This document shows positions 1 to 14,100 of a stretch of 64,000 nt of DNA, piece after piece. The translations under genes and the position numbers were made by a program. Positions within the stretch are counted from its first letter, which is position 1; every line of letters starts with the position of its first letter. The notes beneath the pieces were generated by a model. The model had not been told where the DNA came from. It did not search any database and saw only the letters and a program-made list of their open reading frames with translations. The stretch spans positions 18,312,101-18,376,100 of the forward strand of contig NC_092677.1 of assembly GCF_964355755.1 (NCBI RefSeq), read 5' to 3'. This DNA comes from Antedon mediterranea. Lineage: Eukaryota > Animalia > Echinodermata.

Positions 1-64
1 CGATATTTTGTCTTAGTAATAACAGTAAGTTTCTGCAAAGGACAGCAATTCAATGCAACCTTAG
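1..64 (+). CDS. Exon of an uncharacterised single-pass membrane protein (end of a signal-peptide-like segment; start lies upstream of the window)
   Basis: Frame 1 reads RYFVLVITVSFCKGQQFNATL followed by the strong donor G|GTAAGT at 65. It is phase 1, which matches the acceptor at 3369. Confidence 0.55.
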
Positions 65-3000
65 GTAAGTAATTTTAAACTAAGTAAAACATATAACGAA
101 TGGATATGATTTTTCTACATCTACACAGTAGGCTAGGCTTAAAACGCTTGTGTTGTTATTTAGCCTACCGTTATGGTTTCAATTCCGAATCTTTGTTTGT
201 TGTTCATTCAACCATTTAAATGGGGTTTAGGCAGTGAAGTTGCATTGAAAGATTATTCAACAGTGGAACACTGTATATCTTTTAAGCTGTGTGTAGGACC
301 CCATTAATTGTTGTTACATATAAAGTAATACAAAATAAGAACCATATATAGTAAATTGTACTGTTTATGCAGGGAGGTATACTCCCTGGTTTATGTTTTG
401 TTGATAAAAATGGTGTATCATTAGAAACCTTAACTTCTTTATGTTGCAAATTACCTTTCTTTACTTACCTACTTACTTACTTAGTTACTTAGTCCAGGAC
501 ATATCCGAACTTATTAGACGCTTATAGATAAACCAGGTCTACCTTTAAAGTTACATCAAACAAGTTGTGAAGGAATTCAATTTATCTTTTCTGAGGAATT
601 TAGCCTAAACTTTAAAAAAAATGAGATACTGTGAGTAAGGGTTATAACTTGATGCATCTCCGAGAGTGTTAGGCAAAGGGAGGTGGTGGTGCTGGCCAAT
701 CCTATGAATAAAATGGGTAGGCCTACAAGATCATTTTTGGTGATTTCTTATTTAGATCTAAATGTGAGTTTTCCCAAATCCTAGTTACGGCACTGTGTAA
801 AGTGTAAATCAATACAGTAGGATTGTGAACTCCTTTGTTACAAGTGCATACAATTTATCAATACTTGTAAAGTTTACATAAGGTATACCGTATAATATAC
901 AGTTACTGTCTATTGTATATGACAATGGTAAATCTTGAATACGGTTCATACTACAAATTTCATTTGAACCAAGAGCCACATATGTATATCTCATAGGGTT
1001 TAATTTTAGCCATTATTACCAGGCAACCATGTGACGATTATTTTAAATTTTCTCAGCTATGTAACAAACGAAAGAAAACATACTGTAACTATGGTCTTGT
1101 GGTACAGTACAGTAGGCCTATATTATAGGAGTGCATATTAGGCGTAGAGGTATATTTTAGTTACGTAAATAATTTAACACTTTTATTTAAAACTTCTATT
1201 TATAGATTTTAAAGTTGCTGTTTATAAATTAAGATAAGTCCATTTCTTTTAAATTTACTTATCCTTGCTTTTCATCAATTCCAGGATCAAACATTTTTCT
1301 ACGTTAATATAATGTATGACTGCACTAATTTGCCAAAAGTGAAAATAGTCTGAAGCAATTCGTAATACTTTTATGCGATCTTTCAGTTTGGTTCATTATA
1401 ATGTATTGCCTAATATGGTAGTTGAGTAGCAAAACAAGTCTGTTGCACAAACATAATCGTTTGATGTAAAGCTTCCATCTATACTTGAAAGGTTGCCTAT
1501 TGTTAGTTTGATGCTTCAATTGACATGAAAATAATAACGTCCTGACAATTAAGAAAATCCGTGATTTAAAAAAAAAGACAATGGCCATTCGAACGTACAC
1601 ATTGTGTATTAGGATTTTCAAAAATTTAATTTAAAAATACATTCAGTGGTGACACAATGGTTTGCCCGATTGGGATTGAGTGTCCACATGAGTGATGCGT
1701 CAATGAAACAAATATTGAAAACAACATTTTTTAAGTCTGTTTCAGTTGTAAAATCAGCATTAACGCTAAGCCTCTCTGTACGATCAAAGCATAGCCACAT
1801 GTAATGTATTTACTTAATATTAACTTCTAATATTGATTTTCCCGCCGGAAAAACATTGTAAATATAGTTGATGCTTCCCCACTCACGATCCTTTTGAAAG
1901 TAGTTCAAAGGATCGACAAACATTCAACTAAACAATTACACGGCAGAAACAATTAGGTATGGGATTAGGAAAACTATATCGTATCATGTTGTAGTCCTGT
2001 TAAGAAAGCTGTGGTGTCTAGTGGCTAGAGTGTGTATGCCTATCACGTGGGCATGTGTATAATGCAACTTCAATTTTAACATCAACCTTGCTCAACCTTG
2101 CTCGGGAATGTCGAATTAACTGAATACTACTGTATTTTTAAAAGGACTACTGATCAATATAGTTCTACAACTTTTCGAAAGGGCTAAGCTAACAAAAACT
2201 AATAGATTACATTGTGATGCTGAAATTGTCATGATGTAGCCTAGTATACTTTGTTTTTATTCGAAGAAATTCAAATCAAGAGCAGCTAATGTAGGCAGAG
2301 TAAATAGACCAAATCAAAATAAACATGCCTCAATAGAAATTCTACACAAAAAGAGCTTTTAGGCATATAGTCGATGCTAATGTTCTATTGTATCCATTTC
2401 TTGCCGGGAACATTGTCTTATTATTGGATTGAGACTAAACAATGCAGCAACGAATGAGAATTGCTGCTAACTTTTATTCAAAAGGTTTTGCCGATGTAAA
2501 GTGTAACCTCTGACATCGCGAGAAAATATTTTGAACATTTTTGGTGATTACTAAAGATGAACGGATCAATGGGTTATCATAAAAGACAATTGACAATGGC
2601 AATGCAGATTTCTATAAAAAGTACCGGTATTTCATATAATACAGTATATGGAAAAGTGTCAAAGTTACCGTGCATACTAAACCACACAGCTATCGACTAA
2701 AACATATCCGCATGAACAGAATGAGTGTATATAATAGTGGTAGTTCTTAGGGATCATTAATCTTATAGAATGAAAATAGGCCTATTATTCACTTAAGCTG
2801 CTGCCGTCACATCTGGTATTACAGTAGTTAACGTCACAAATTATTGTCCAGACATAATAACATTTCATATGATATATTTATTGCAAAAGCCTTTCTGGCT
2901 GCTCTAAAGTTGCCATGTTCTTTTTCAACATCTTCCTTTACAATCTTACTTTATTATTTAAACGTCGTGAGGTGGTTTCCCGATTAATCGTACGATCAAA

Positions 3001-3264
3001 CGGTACTGGGTATGATCAACTAGCGTTCGTGTTCCCACCTAATCATCCATTCATAGAAGTACTGATGAAGATATCAATCTGTGGCGACAATAGAATGGAC
3101 CCGAGACCTGGCTATTGTCGCTTGTAGACCTGGCTTTATTATTTATTTACATGAATTGAAATAAAAAGATAAATCAATATCAATATTATTAAAAACTGTA
3201 CAAACATGATGAGAGATGTAATGTCATTACTGAGTCGACTGTTTTGTTTCTCTTGTTTTTATAG

Positions 3265-3294
3265 AAGTAAAACCATTGCAATTCAAATGCATTG
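3265..3294 (+). CDS. Candidate 30-nt micro-exon (EVKPLQFKCI) of the same gene
   Basis: Pyrimidine tract plus TAG acceptor (3263-3264), donor GTAAAA at 3295. Phase 1-1, open and frame-preserving. Confidence 0.4.
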
Positions 3295-3368
3295 GTAAAA
3301 CATATTTACACAATTAAAATTGGTAATGTATTCAAATTGTATAAATTAAAGTTTATTTTATATTTCAG

Positions 3369-3985
3369 ATACACCAACTACTACACAAGATGATAGAAAC
3401 ACAATTGTAGCCTGGTTTGAGGACCTTTCAACAGACAGACTAGTACTCTTGGTTGCTGCAGCTGTTATATTCGTACTTTTGATACTAGTATGCGTACTAT
3501 TTTATATATGTTATTCCTGTTGTAAAAAGCGATACGCGTACAGTCCACAGCGTCAGGAGTCGACAATCAAACCAGTAATGGTTGATGTAGAGTCTAAAAA
3601 GATTAGATATGGATTCGCAGTCTCCGCTGCTAGAGAATCTATATCTGAACTATCACCTACGTCACAGAAGTGCGCTCCATGGTCTGATATCACCAGCCAC
3701 CAGTTGAATAAAGTCAACAGCAAGGTTACCAGGAAATTAGAAAAGACCGTTTTTGTCGTTGAAAATTCTGAAGATGATTATAGGCCTACATCTAATGAAA
3801 ACCAAAATGGTTTCCGGCCTAGAACAGGTAGTGTGACAGCATCAGTACACAGCAGAGAATCTAACATACTAAGAAAATCTAGAAAGAAGTCTTTGCTAGG
3901 TGAAAGTAGTCGTTACCCAGGAGGACCATCATCGAATGACAATCCATTATGTAAAGACGGCCATGACATTGATTTGTTTTACTGA
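3369..3985 (+). CDS. Terminal exon of an uncharacterised type I membrane protein: short Thr-rich ectodomain, TM helix, Cys cluster, Ser/Arg-rich cytoplasmic tail
   Basis: TTTCAG acceptor at 3367-3368, in frame with ORF 3449..3985. Hydrophobic run LVLLVAAAVIFVLLILVCVLFYICY followed by SCCKKR. Confidence 0.75.
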
Positions 3986-5134
3986 AATTATGTTAGTCTT
4001 TTGATATTTAATAATTACGACAATCCAAGCAACAATATGAAGGAGAATAATGACAGTTTTGAGGATGCTGTATTTATTTATTGTTTTTTTGTCACGTAAT
4101 ATTATAATAGGTACGGTATAGTTCTAAGATTGTACAATTGACAAATATTAATAAATGTCGATTGATCTAATCATAAAAGATTTCCCATTTAATAATCGTG
4201 TTAGCTTTATGATATAATACAATAATAATCATTTCTAGTAAGAAAACTACGATGTCGACAAAAATAAATAAATTGATAGTAAAAACATAAAAACTAAACA
4301 TCGTTTAAACTATTGTATACAATTGTTAGATGTGCTTAGGAAGGTGAGTGTGAATTATACTTTATATAAAAACACGATTTTCTGTTTTGTTTTTTGTTCT
4401 ATTGACCATTTAATTGTTTAAGCCGATCCAAAGTGAGATCGTGAGTTCATAAAAGGGTTAAAAAGAATAGCGATAAAGAACAAATCGATTATGGTTACTA
4501 ACACCAAATAATCCTATACCTTAACTGTAATGAGACTTGTGGCTAAATTCTTAGACAACTCGTTAAGTTGAATTGTTATTCTCTTTATTTGTTATACAAA
4601 CTACGTATCTACGCATTGGGTAACTCTGACCTGGTCCGGTGGCAGGAGGCGGGAAATCACCACCCGAAAGGGGGCACATTGCCATCCAACTTTTCTAAAC
4701 CAGAAAAGTTCAACATTTTACCAATTATAACACGATGAAATCGGAACACTTACTGCTCATTTAATTAATGCCTCACTATACCAATTTTTAAAAATGGAAA
4801 TAATTCAAATATTATATCAATCATTATATTCTATTTTGTCTTTCTAAAATCTATGAACGAGTTATCAGTGATCAAACCCTGTCATTGTTCTTTCTTCAGA
4901 TATATTAATAATTTATAGAAAATATGTTTTTGTTACCATGGCAACGTGTGACAAAATAAAAATATGATTGTTAATCGCAAAAATACACAAAATCAAACAT
5001 AGCTATTTAATTATAAATCACATCATGCTCATTTTGGTGGGTGTTAGTAATCTGGTTGTATTTCATTGAATAATTTATATTTCTGCTAATTTTCAACAGC
5101 ATTTGAAAGAAGACATGTGTACCTTTCCAACAAT

Positions 5135-5633
5135 AGAGAGGTTACGCAATCTTACGAACACGATAACGAAAACGGATACGTCACGCACACGTATTCGTTT
5201 TCGTAAGCCATAAAAAAATCTGTTTCGCATGGCAACGAAATATTGAGGCGCGTCCAAAATATGAAATTTGAGCGAAGCGCAGGTACGTGTTGCTTGGTGC
5301 TTGGCTGCCTAGGCCTAGCGTAACATCAAAGCAAGTGAGGACTTTAAAAACTGCTATTTATCAAAATTTACTTGGCATTTTAGTAAATTACTTTAGTAAA
5401 TTACTTTCAATAAATCTATAATTATATTATAATCATGAATCATTCCTGATTCAAATGCAAAATGTGCAAATAGATCAAAAACTATACTCGTTTTGTAGTC
5501 ACGAATATGACTGGTGATATTCGTCAACACGAATACGCTTTACGAATATGAAATGGGGATCAGCTCAAAAGTTTCACAAATGTATGACGTATCCGTTTTC
5601 GTTATCGTATTCGTCAGGTTGCGAAACCTCCCT
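5135..5633. mobile_element. MITE with about 50-bp imperfect TIRs, flanked by AT (PIF/Harbinger- or ISL2EU-like)
   Basis: Left end AGAGAGGTTACGCAATCTTACGAACACGATAACGAAAACGGATACGTCA; the right end is its near reverse complement. A second copy starts at 11156. Confidence 0.75.
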
Positions 5634-6034
5634 ATTGTATTATTTGCCAACAAATACTAATCTAATAATTAAAAAGTGACATTTGAAAATGGTCAATTTT
5701 GAACTTTAATGTGCTGTGTGTGTGACCTCAAGCTAGCTGTAGGCATGCAACTGAATATCCCTAGAGACATACAATGTGGTACAAGTGAGAAGATTCTTCA
5801 GTCTGTTGATTCGTGTCAACCAATCAAAGCGCGTGAATCCAAAATCGTTCAACCGTGAGCCTTTACCCAGACATTTTTTGGGTCCAGCAGCTGAGACCTA
5901 TACATTATAGTCGAGTTTACAAATTCCCAAACTGTCGGCCTTAGAACTATATCTACCGCGATGATAAAGCTTCTTAATGAGTATGTCCTCTTGGGACATT
6001 GCTGGCTAAAACCGCGGAGCGAAAATTAATTCAG

Positions 6035-6235
6035 GGTATTTTTCTAGATCTCTCTAAGGCCTTTGACTATATGGACCATTCAATTCTACAATAAAAATTA
6101 TCATTATACTATCAGAGGAATTGTACTCGATTGGTTTAAATCTTGTTATATTTCTAACAGAAAACAATATGTGACTGTAGAGGGTACGAATTCAGAGACC
6201 ATTCAAGTATTTTGTATGTGGAGAGCCTCTCGACG
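6035..6235 (+). mobile_element. Decayed non-LTR (CR1/L2-like) reverse transcriptase fragment
   Basis: GIFLDLSKAFD..DHSIL and IRGIVLDWFKS..SNRKQYVTV motifs, with a stop and frameshifts. Confidence 0.8.
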
Positions 6236-7426
6236 GTTATTTTTACCTATAACTTGTAGGTTTGATTCTGCATCATTGATTTACTTTTGTTTTTTTGGCG
6301 AAATAAATGATATATTATGAAACTACCGACGCATTTTTGGTTACTTTGCATGATATGAATATATGTTAAAAATATAAATAAAAACGGATTAAAACACAAA
6401 CAAAGAAATGATTTTTCAAGACTTTATTCAAAGCAATGCATTCAACACTACAAAACTAGTGTAAAAGTTAACGCAAATTAAATTATGATTTTAAAGGGTT
6501 TCAACGAGTCTAATTGCACTTTTACCAGAAATCGTCTAATTTGTTATACTACCGTATATTAGAAGCCTACTGTTTGGCAATCTCCAATAACCCCCTCTTC
6601 TACATTACATTTATTACGGACCGTACTAATTAACACATTTTATATAGTACTACCTCACGCCATAGGCCTACAATTCATCTGGCGAAAATTTTTAATAAAT
6701 AATATTAATACAATATTTCACTCCATTTCTTTTTATGAATGACTTAATAAAGATTTAATTATAGACCTAAGAGTGCGATGCAAAGAAACTGTTAGTCCAG
6801 ACATTATTCCACGCAAGCGCGTCATTCTATCATGGTGGCACAGAGACAAATATCATGTTAAAACACACATTGATGTTGTTAATAACGAAAAATAAATTAT
6901 GTATCTCACATATTTCGTATTACACTCAAACAATTTACGAGACATTGACATGACTCAAACTATTATGGCTCAGTCTATACAAAAACAAAACTACACATGT
7001 TATAAGAGACAATACGATACACATACAACATTCATATATATAAAGACGACACTAATCACATCTGATGTGATAATATAATTCAAATTTATCTAAAATATAA
7101 TATAACATTTATATCACATTATTTATATATATTAACATTTTTAACAGCTATAACTCTAAGATTTTTGGATGATTTGTATCTCTGTGCTAGTATTCGAAAT
7201 GTAGACTATCTACACACTATCTTGATTGTGAGCGAATACCACTTCGGAGCGAATACCACTTCGGAGCGAATCACATGCATTTAAAGGAAAACAAAGCGGG
7301 TTGCTTTCACTTAACACATGTTGTTACCACTTAAACCTACATTCACACGACGCAGACCAATTATGTATATGATTTTTCCTTATAAACAAAAAGTATAAAT
7401 GTAGATTAAACAGGCTCACATCAGGA

Positions 7427-7853
7427 AGATACATTATAACATTAGTAGGCCTATATTATAACAACAAAACTAAATATCGAGAGATGTAAAATTAACTAAA
7501 AAACTACATTAATTAGTTCCCCGACAGGTATAACACATGAAATAGAAACTCAGTCGTACTATCTTAATAAACTTAAACATTAGAAAAAACAATTACCTTG
7601 ACCCTTCAAATACGTTACTTTTATATGCGCTTTAAATAGCAACATAAATATGCGACATATGCGCTTTAAATAGATACATTATAAACCTTTAATAGTAGGC
7701 CGATATTATAACAACAAAACTAAATATCGAGAGATGTCAAATTAATTACAAAACTACATTACTGTATATTTAGTTCCCTGATAGGTACAACACACTAAAC
7801 AATTAGCTTGACCCTCAAATACGTAACTTTCATATGCGCTTTAAATAGCAACA
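7427..7853. repeat. Imperfect direct duplication of about 200 bp (about 7427-7643 and 7672-7853)
   Basis: Shared TATTATAACAACAAAACTAAATATCGAGAGATGT and ATATGCGCTTTAAATAGCAACA blocks. Confidence 0.8.
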
Positions 7854-8104
7854 ACTAATTCATTTAAATACATTTTAAAACAAAATTGTAAAATTGTTAT
7901 CAACAATTAGATCAATACCCTGCTTTGTAATATTGCAAAAGTTTGGAAAAGTTGTTAATTGTTAATATTATATATGTTGGTATTGCAAATATGATGGAAT
8001 CTAAATCTAGGTATGGTAGTCCAAGAAAGGAATATTTGTTTCAACATTTTACAGCAACTTTCGGGGTAAGAATACCCAATAGTTAGAGCCTGCAAGTGCT
8101 ATTT

Positions 8105-8406
8105 AATAATAATAATAGTTAATTCTTATATAGCGCATATAAGCAAGCTCTCAATGCGCTGAACATTATTACCCCAGTCATTTCTTGATCAAACACCTAT
8201 GGAAACATACTCCCATATATGCAGCTAGTAATCAGCGCAAAGTTGTGTCTTGATCTAACCGGGTTTCCAATTATACACCTGGGTGGAGAGAGGCAAACGT
8301 AAGTAAAGTATCTTGCCTAAGGATACAAGCAATGCGGTGAGAGTTGGATTCGAACCTCGGTCTAACGATCAGTAGTCGAACGTCCAACACACAGCGGCAC
8401 ACGCCC
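8105..8406 (-). mobile_element. tRNA-derived SINE with a CORE-like domain and an L2-like (ATT)n tail
   Basis: On the minus strand: B box GGTTCGAATCC, core CCTTAGGCAAGATACTTTAC...TCTCTCCACCCAGGTGTATAA, tail GCGCTATATAAG...(ATT)n. Confidence 0.75.
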
Positions 8407-10632
8407 TTTACAAAACTAGAGGTTTGCTTTACAATCGGAGGTACACTTTAAAATGTTGGTACTTTCAAATATTCTTTAGAATTAAGATTAAGAGTATTAA
8501 GAGTTCAACAATTTTCTGTTTATTAATAATACGCATTAGCAAGTACAGAATGATGATAGTAACCACACTTGTTTTCTGGCAAGACAAAATAGTTAATAGA
8601 TTAACAATCAATGTCTATTAAAAGTTAACGAGAAAAATCAAATTCAATTCAATTGTTAAAATAAAGACATCCTAAACCTAAAACAATAAAGAATAAATAA
8701 GTATTATGCTTACAATGTACTCTTGTTAACATTTTTATTACTGCACTTTACTTTCAAAATACACTCCAAACCACCGAAGTACACATTTAATTTATTAAAT
8801 TACAAAAACATATGCACACATAATAGTCTCAATATTGCGCTACAACAACAATAGCTTAAAGTGCACTTTTAACTGAGGCTTGTTTCGACTAGAATGGCAA
8901 GTTGGTAAAGATAATATTATTTTATATACATACAGAAATATTTATAATGTGTTACAGTATAGTACAATGTATTACGCTATATTAATTTCCAATATACTTT
9001 ATTCACCCAAATTTGGAGCGATTTTCATGTACAAATTTAACAATATATTTACAAGTTAAATATGGAATCCATTTAATTTATACCAAATTGATGCATTAAC
9101 CACATTGAAATGAAATAAATATTTAAACAAAATAAATAATTATTTAAAACACAATCACTTAAGCATACACTACTAAAATAATAAAGAATAAAATACTTTA
9201 ATGAATGAATTGGCATATCAACTATAAAGTTGGTGTATTTTGTCCTTTAATAAACACCAGAAAATGAGTCCAGCTAGAGGTCAGAAGCACAACATATACC
9301 TTTCTAAGGAGAATGCTAGTAAATGGCATTCAAATAGTCTGCTCACCAGACTACAAAGACATGCCCTCAGACGAAGATACAGATACAAATTATACTGAGT
9401 GGCGCTATGTGATTAGTATGACAATCACTGGCTGTCAACCACTTGTAGGATTGGACACGTCATTACAAAATATTTACTTTCTACACAACACTGAATAAAC
9501 AACAAGGTCGGAAGATACCATCAGTACTTGAAAGACAAGACAACTTGCTAGATGCAACTATATCAGGGCCAGTTTCACTAGAAGTCTAGCAGTTCCGACC
9601 TAGCTATTACTGACTTTATTGCAATGTCTGTTAAAACAATATCTATGCTTAATGTCATTGGCTACAGATGTCTCCATGTAGACGGTTACTTTAACGAGTA
9701 CTACCAGTATTGGCAAACCTTGGCAATAATCATAAATGTTACCACAACACAATTAATAACAAAGAAATGTAGTAAAATTAATTTATATCAGCCAGTCTCA
9801 AAGGTCCAGTTAAAGAGTTAATATATACACAAATATACAATTTGACAATTTTGCACTAAACACCAGGTTCTCTGTGGCATAATAAAAATATATCTAAGGT
9901 CCTGCCGTGTCTTAACTTCTAAACGTTTGTATTTAACATTTTAATTACATAATTAATCCATTAATAGGTTATTATGTTAAAATACCTCAATTGTAAATGG
10001 ATCACAATTTATTTATTATAACATATTAGACTTCCTAACTTGCAAAATGAAATATCATGCGATTTTTATAAAATAAAACTATAGAGGGAGGTGCTATAAT
10101 AATTTGGAAAATAGACACCACCACAAAATCTAAAGGTATTGACATTAATTTATAATAGTTAAAAAAAATATGATGCCAACACAGTATTTCACTTTATTAA
10201 TTTAAACTAATGCATAGATTATCTATAACTATGGAGGAAGTAATCATGCTATAACCATGTGCGACTGATGATTTAGTATGTTTTCTATCCACATCTAGAG
10301 TAGTAGAAATTGTAAATATTGAAATACTTGTTTACCCAAAATATCGGAAGACTCTCACAATTATCGAAAGAGTTGGGAATTCTAAATATTAGGTCTGCAA
10401 AACAGATGTTGTGTGCAATAAGATGTTGTATTATGTAATTCCATAAACCCACCACCTCAGCACAATCTTCTATTCATGTTCATTTTACCCTGAAATTCAC
10501 CAACAAGATGTATCATGCACTTTTATCCCCACCCACAAATAAAAATTCAACATTATCAAAATATTATTGAAATTAATACCACTTGTTCATGTCTCTTGAA
10601 ATTCACAAAATGCATTCTTATTATTATTCCAC

Positions 10633-10940
10633 TTCCCTTCAAACCCGACCCCTTCCTTCAAACCCCACCCCTTCCTTCAAACCCCACCCCCTTCCTTCAA
10701 ACCCCACCCCCTTCCTTCAAACCCCACCCCCTTCCTTCAAACCTCACCCCTTCCTTCAAACCCCACCTCTTCCTTCAAACCCCACCCCTTCCTTCAAACC
10801 CCACCCCTTCCTTCAAACCCCACCCCTTCCTTCAAACCCCACCCCTTCCTTCAAACCCCACCCCTTCCTTCAAACCCCACCCCTTCCTTCAAACCCCACC
10901 CCTTCCTTCAAACCCCACCCCTTCCTTCAAACTCCACCCC
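10633..10940. repeat. 19-20-bp minisatellite (ACCCCACCCC(C)TTCCTTCAA)n, about 16 copies, just 3' of the TAT stop
   Basis: Tandem array visible directly in the sequence. Confidence 0.95.
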
Positions 10941-10994
10941 ATTCTGTTCTAAAAATATATTCTTTTAAAATCTTCACCTGTAGCTGCTCATAAT

Positions 10995-11120
10995 CTATGA
11001 GGTTCCATTGTTTAATGTGTAATGTCGCTTGCAAAATTCTTCAATACGTGTGATTGCTTCTTGTGTTTTCTCTTTAGGAATTGAGAGAACGACTCGCATG
11101 TAATTTGGATACTCAAAACA
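10995..11120 (-). CDS. TAT: TAT last coding exon ([15 protein letters not shown]...NNGTS*)
   Basis: Acceptor CTACAG, TAG stop at 10995-10997, 126 nt. Confidence 0.92.
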   Translation of the reverse strand, partial: CFEYPNYMRVVLSIPKEKTQEAITRIEEFCKRHYTLNNGTS

Positions 11121-14100
11121 CTGTAGCATAAAAGAAAACAATTGTTTATAGTAATAGGGAGGTTTCGCAAAGCTACGAATATGAAAACGGATACGTCACA
11201 CATTTGAGAAACTTTTGAACTTTTAAAGCATATCCATGTTGACAAATATCACCAATCATATTTGTAACCACAAAACGAGTATAGTTTTGATCTATTTTGT
11301 ACATTTTGCATTGAATTAGGAATGATTCACGATTATAATATAATTACAGATTTATTTAATAAAGTAATTTTAATTTCTCAGGTCAATTTTGATAAATAGC
11401 AGTTTTTAAAGTTCTCATTTGATTTGATGTTATGCTAGCCTAGGCAGACAAGCAACGCACACCTGCGCTTCGTTTAAATTTACTGCAGTCATATTTTGGA
11501 CGACGTCCTCAATATTTTGTTGCCATGTGAAACAGATTTTTACTGTCTTACGAAAACGAGTGTGTGACGCATCTGTTTTGTAATAGCGTCTTTATTTTAA
11601 AAATTTATTTGTCGAAAATTTTCAGAGTGGGGATTGTATTTAGCTTTAATATTGTTTGTATTTATATAAGGGAGATTGCCTGAGCAGATTGAACCATGGC
11701 TTTATTTATGTTCAAGTCACATGTGAAGAACACACTAATCAAAATGACCAAGTACTGAAACAGAAGGTTATACTATATTTGGCACTTTACCTTTCCTGGT
11801 AAACAAAACACAGATTCTTCCTCCATCAATTTCTGTACAAAATCCATATCGTCTTTGATATTTGGCATGTGTTCAACATCAACAGCACACTATCAGTTTT
11901 CAAAAAAAATATATATATATTTAATACTAAGTTACTTGCTACAAAATATATTTTGACATGGAGAAAATCAGCATTAACCCGATCCTATGACATCTCTACA
12001 TATATGACATTGTATGTCTAGTATTATAGCCAAATTCTGTAATACAGTGTCATCTGTATAACAGAAGGGCGCGCGACACAGTTGGATGTTGGACTACTCC
12101 TTGAGATCATGGTTTCGAATCCAACGCTTGTCGCATTGCTTGTATCTTTTAGGCCAGACATGAACATTACTCTCCACCCTGGTGTACAAAACACTCACTT
12201 TTGCAGGCTGGAGCTGTCAGCAAGCACCAACAACTATATGTTTATCCAATTTTTAACCTTTATTAGCTATCCAATGTCCTTCAATGCAACACATTAATAT
12301 TAGACTCACCATCATATACATTGCACCTCTGGGCATTATTGGTGTAATGCCTGGAATATTTTCAAAGCCTGAATATAAGATATCTGCATTTTCCTGCAAC
12401 AGAAAAAAAACAAAACATATAACAAAAGTTTATATATAAAGTAGTTTAACCCTAAAATGTTATCTGGCTTGTGTTCACTTTAAAGAACTCCTTGCTCCCG
12501 GGTTACCGGTGTGCTGGTCCCCATCTCAGTCCCCGTTGCTGTGGTCCGACGTCATTTGGTAGCAGCATTTGATTAAATTAAATTGGATGGATATGTGTAA
12601 CATCCTAATATATAGATGGGCTAGAGGTTGGACTCCAAGGTTATCACAGTTCAAATAGTGATTCTTCATGGAGTGGGAACCAACAAGATGGCGGCTGCAA
12701 TCGACTATTCAATAGTAGATTCAATATGTCAGTCACGCTTCCTATACAGTCACGCACTACTGCACAAACGTTGAGCATTAAACATTCTCATATACAATAC
12801 GCAACGCAGTGTGTTGAGCGTAGTAACGTGAGAACGTAACCTACAGATCCTTGTGTGCAAAATTGTTAGACATTTACCAAGAATATATTTTCTTTTATAA
12901 AAATTTCACTGTGCTCTAACAAGAATATTATGTGTATTGATTTATGTGTTCTTAATTTATTATGTTAGATTATTATATTTATATATTAAATAATGCTTAT
13001 CGCGGCGACATTTATGGTTTTTGGTTTATGGCTCCTGTTGGAATCACTTTCCAGCCAGGAGTTTGTCCTCTAGCCAATCTTATAAAATCTTTGGTAACAT
13101 CTGATTCACTGCAATTTGGTTAACTAATGAAGAGCAAAATAAATAACAAATTCAAATTTCACCTTCAACGTCTTTTTTGTATTTTCAAAGAAACTTTTTG
13201 GTGTGTTCTTGAGAATTGCAGGTAAAGCTGCCTCCATGATGGAACATGGGCCAAGAATTTTAGTTGTAAGCTGGAAAAGACCTCTGTGTACCTAATGACA
13301 AAACACGTTAATTCAATTCTAAATTATGTCAACGGATAAATTTTACTATGTACAAATCATTAATGTTCTTAAAATTTTGTAGTATTTTTAAACATTCCAC
13401 AAAATCATTCACTTATGTTATAGCACTGCGGCTGGTCCATCAGGCAGTGGCCTTACTTGCTTATGTGCAACAATGTTATGTTGTAATAAAAAGGGGACTG
13501 TGCTGCATTGGCCAGCACTATTTTTAATCCCATTGGTTGCACCCTAAAAACCATGCACTGAGTGTTTACAACATAATTGTTGTAAAACATGTTTTAACAT
13601 TAACAGCTGTTACAGTACATAATGAAATGCACAATTATGGAACTTTACGAGATGAGAATAGGAAGAGGAGCTGTAGCTTGGTGCTTAACATTCTCCTTCC
13701 AATCCCAAATTCCTGGGTTCAATCTTTACCTAGTGCCAAGGTTTAACTCATGACTCTTTCAACTTTACCTAAGCTTCAAATGAGAATTAGTTTATAAGCA
13801 CAATAAATGATAAAATATTTTATCCATCCTGTAATTGGCAAGTTGCTCGAGGTTGGGTGGATATGAAATGTAAAAAAAAAAACAGAGCTGATAAAAATGC
13901 AACCATACTGAACAACAAGCTGGTCATTCAATTGCAGACATTTGATCTCATCATATTAGTTTATTATTAAAAAAAATTCAATTTCACTAAATTTTAGAGG
14001 ATATCTATATATATATATATTGCAAGATACAAACCTCTGCTTGGAATGCATTGTGTCGATCATGTACAAGGATCCAACCAATTCGCCATCCTGGAGCAAG

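Noticed and set aside
10515-10993. Pro-rich ORFs
   Set aside because: They are translations of the 19-20-bp minisatellite, antisense to TAT.
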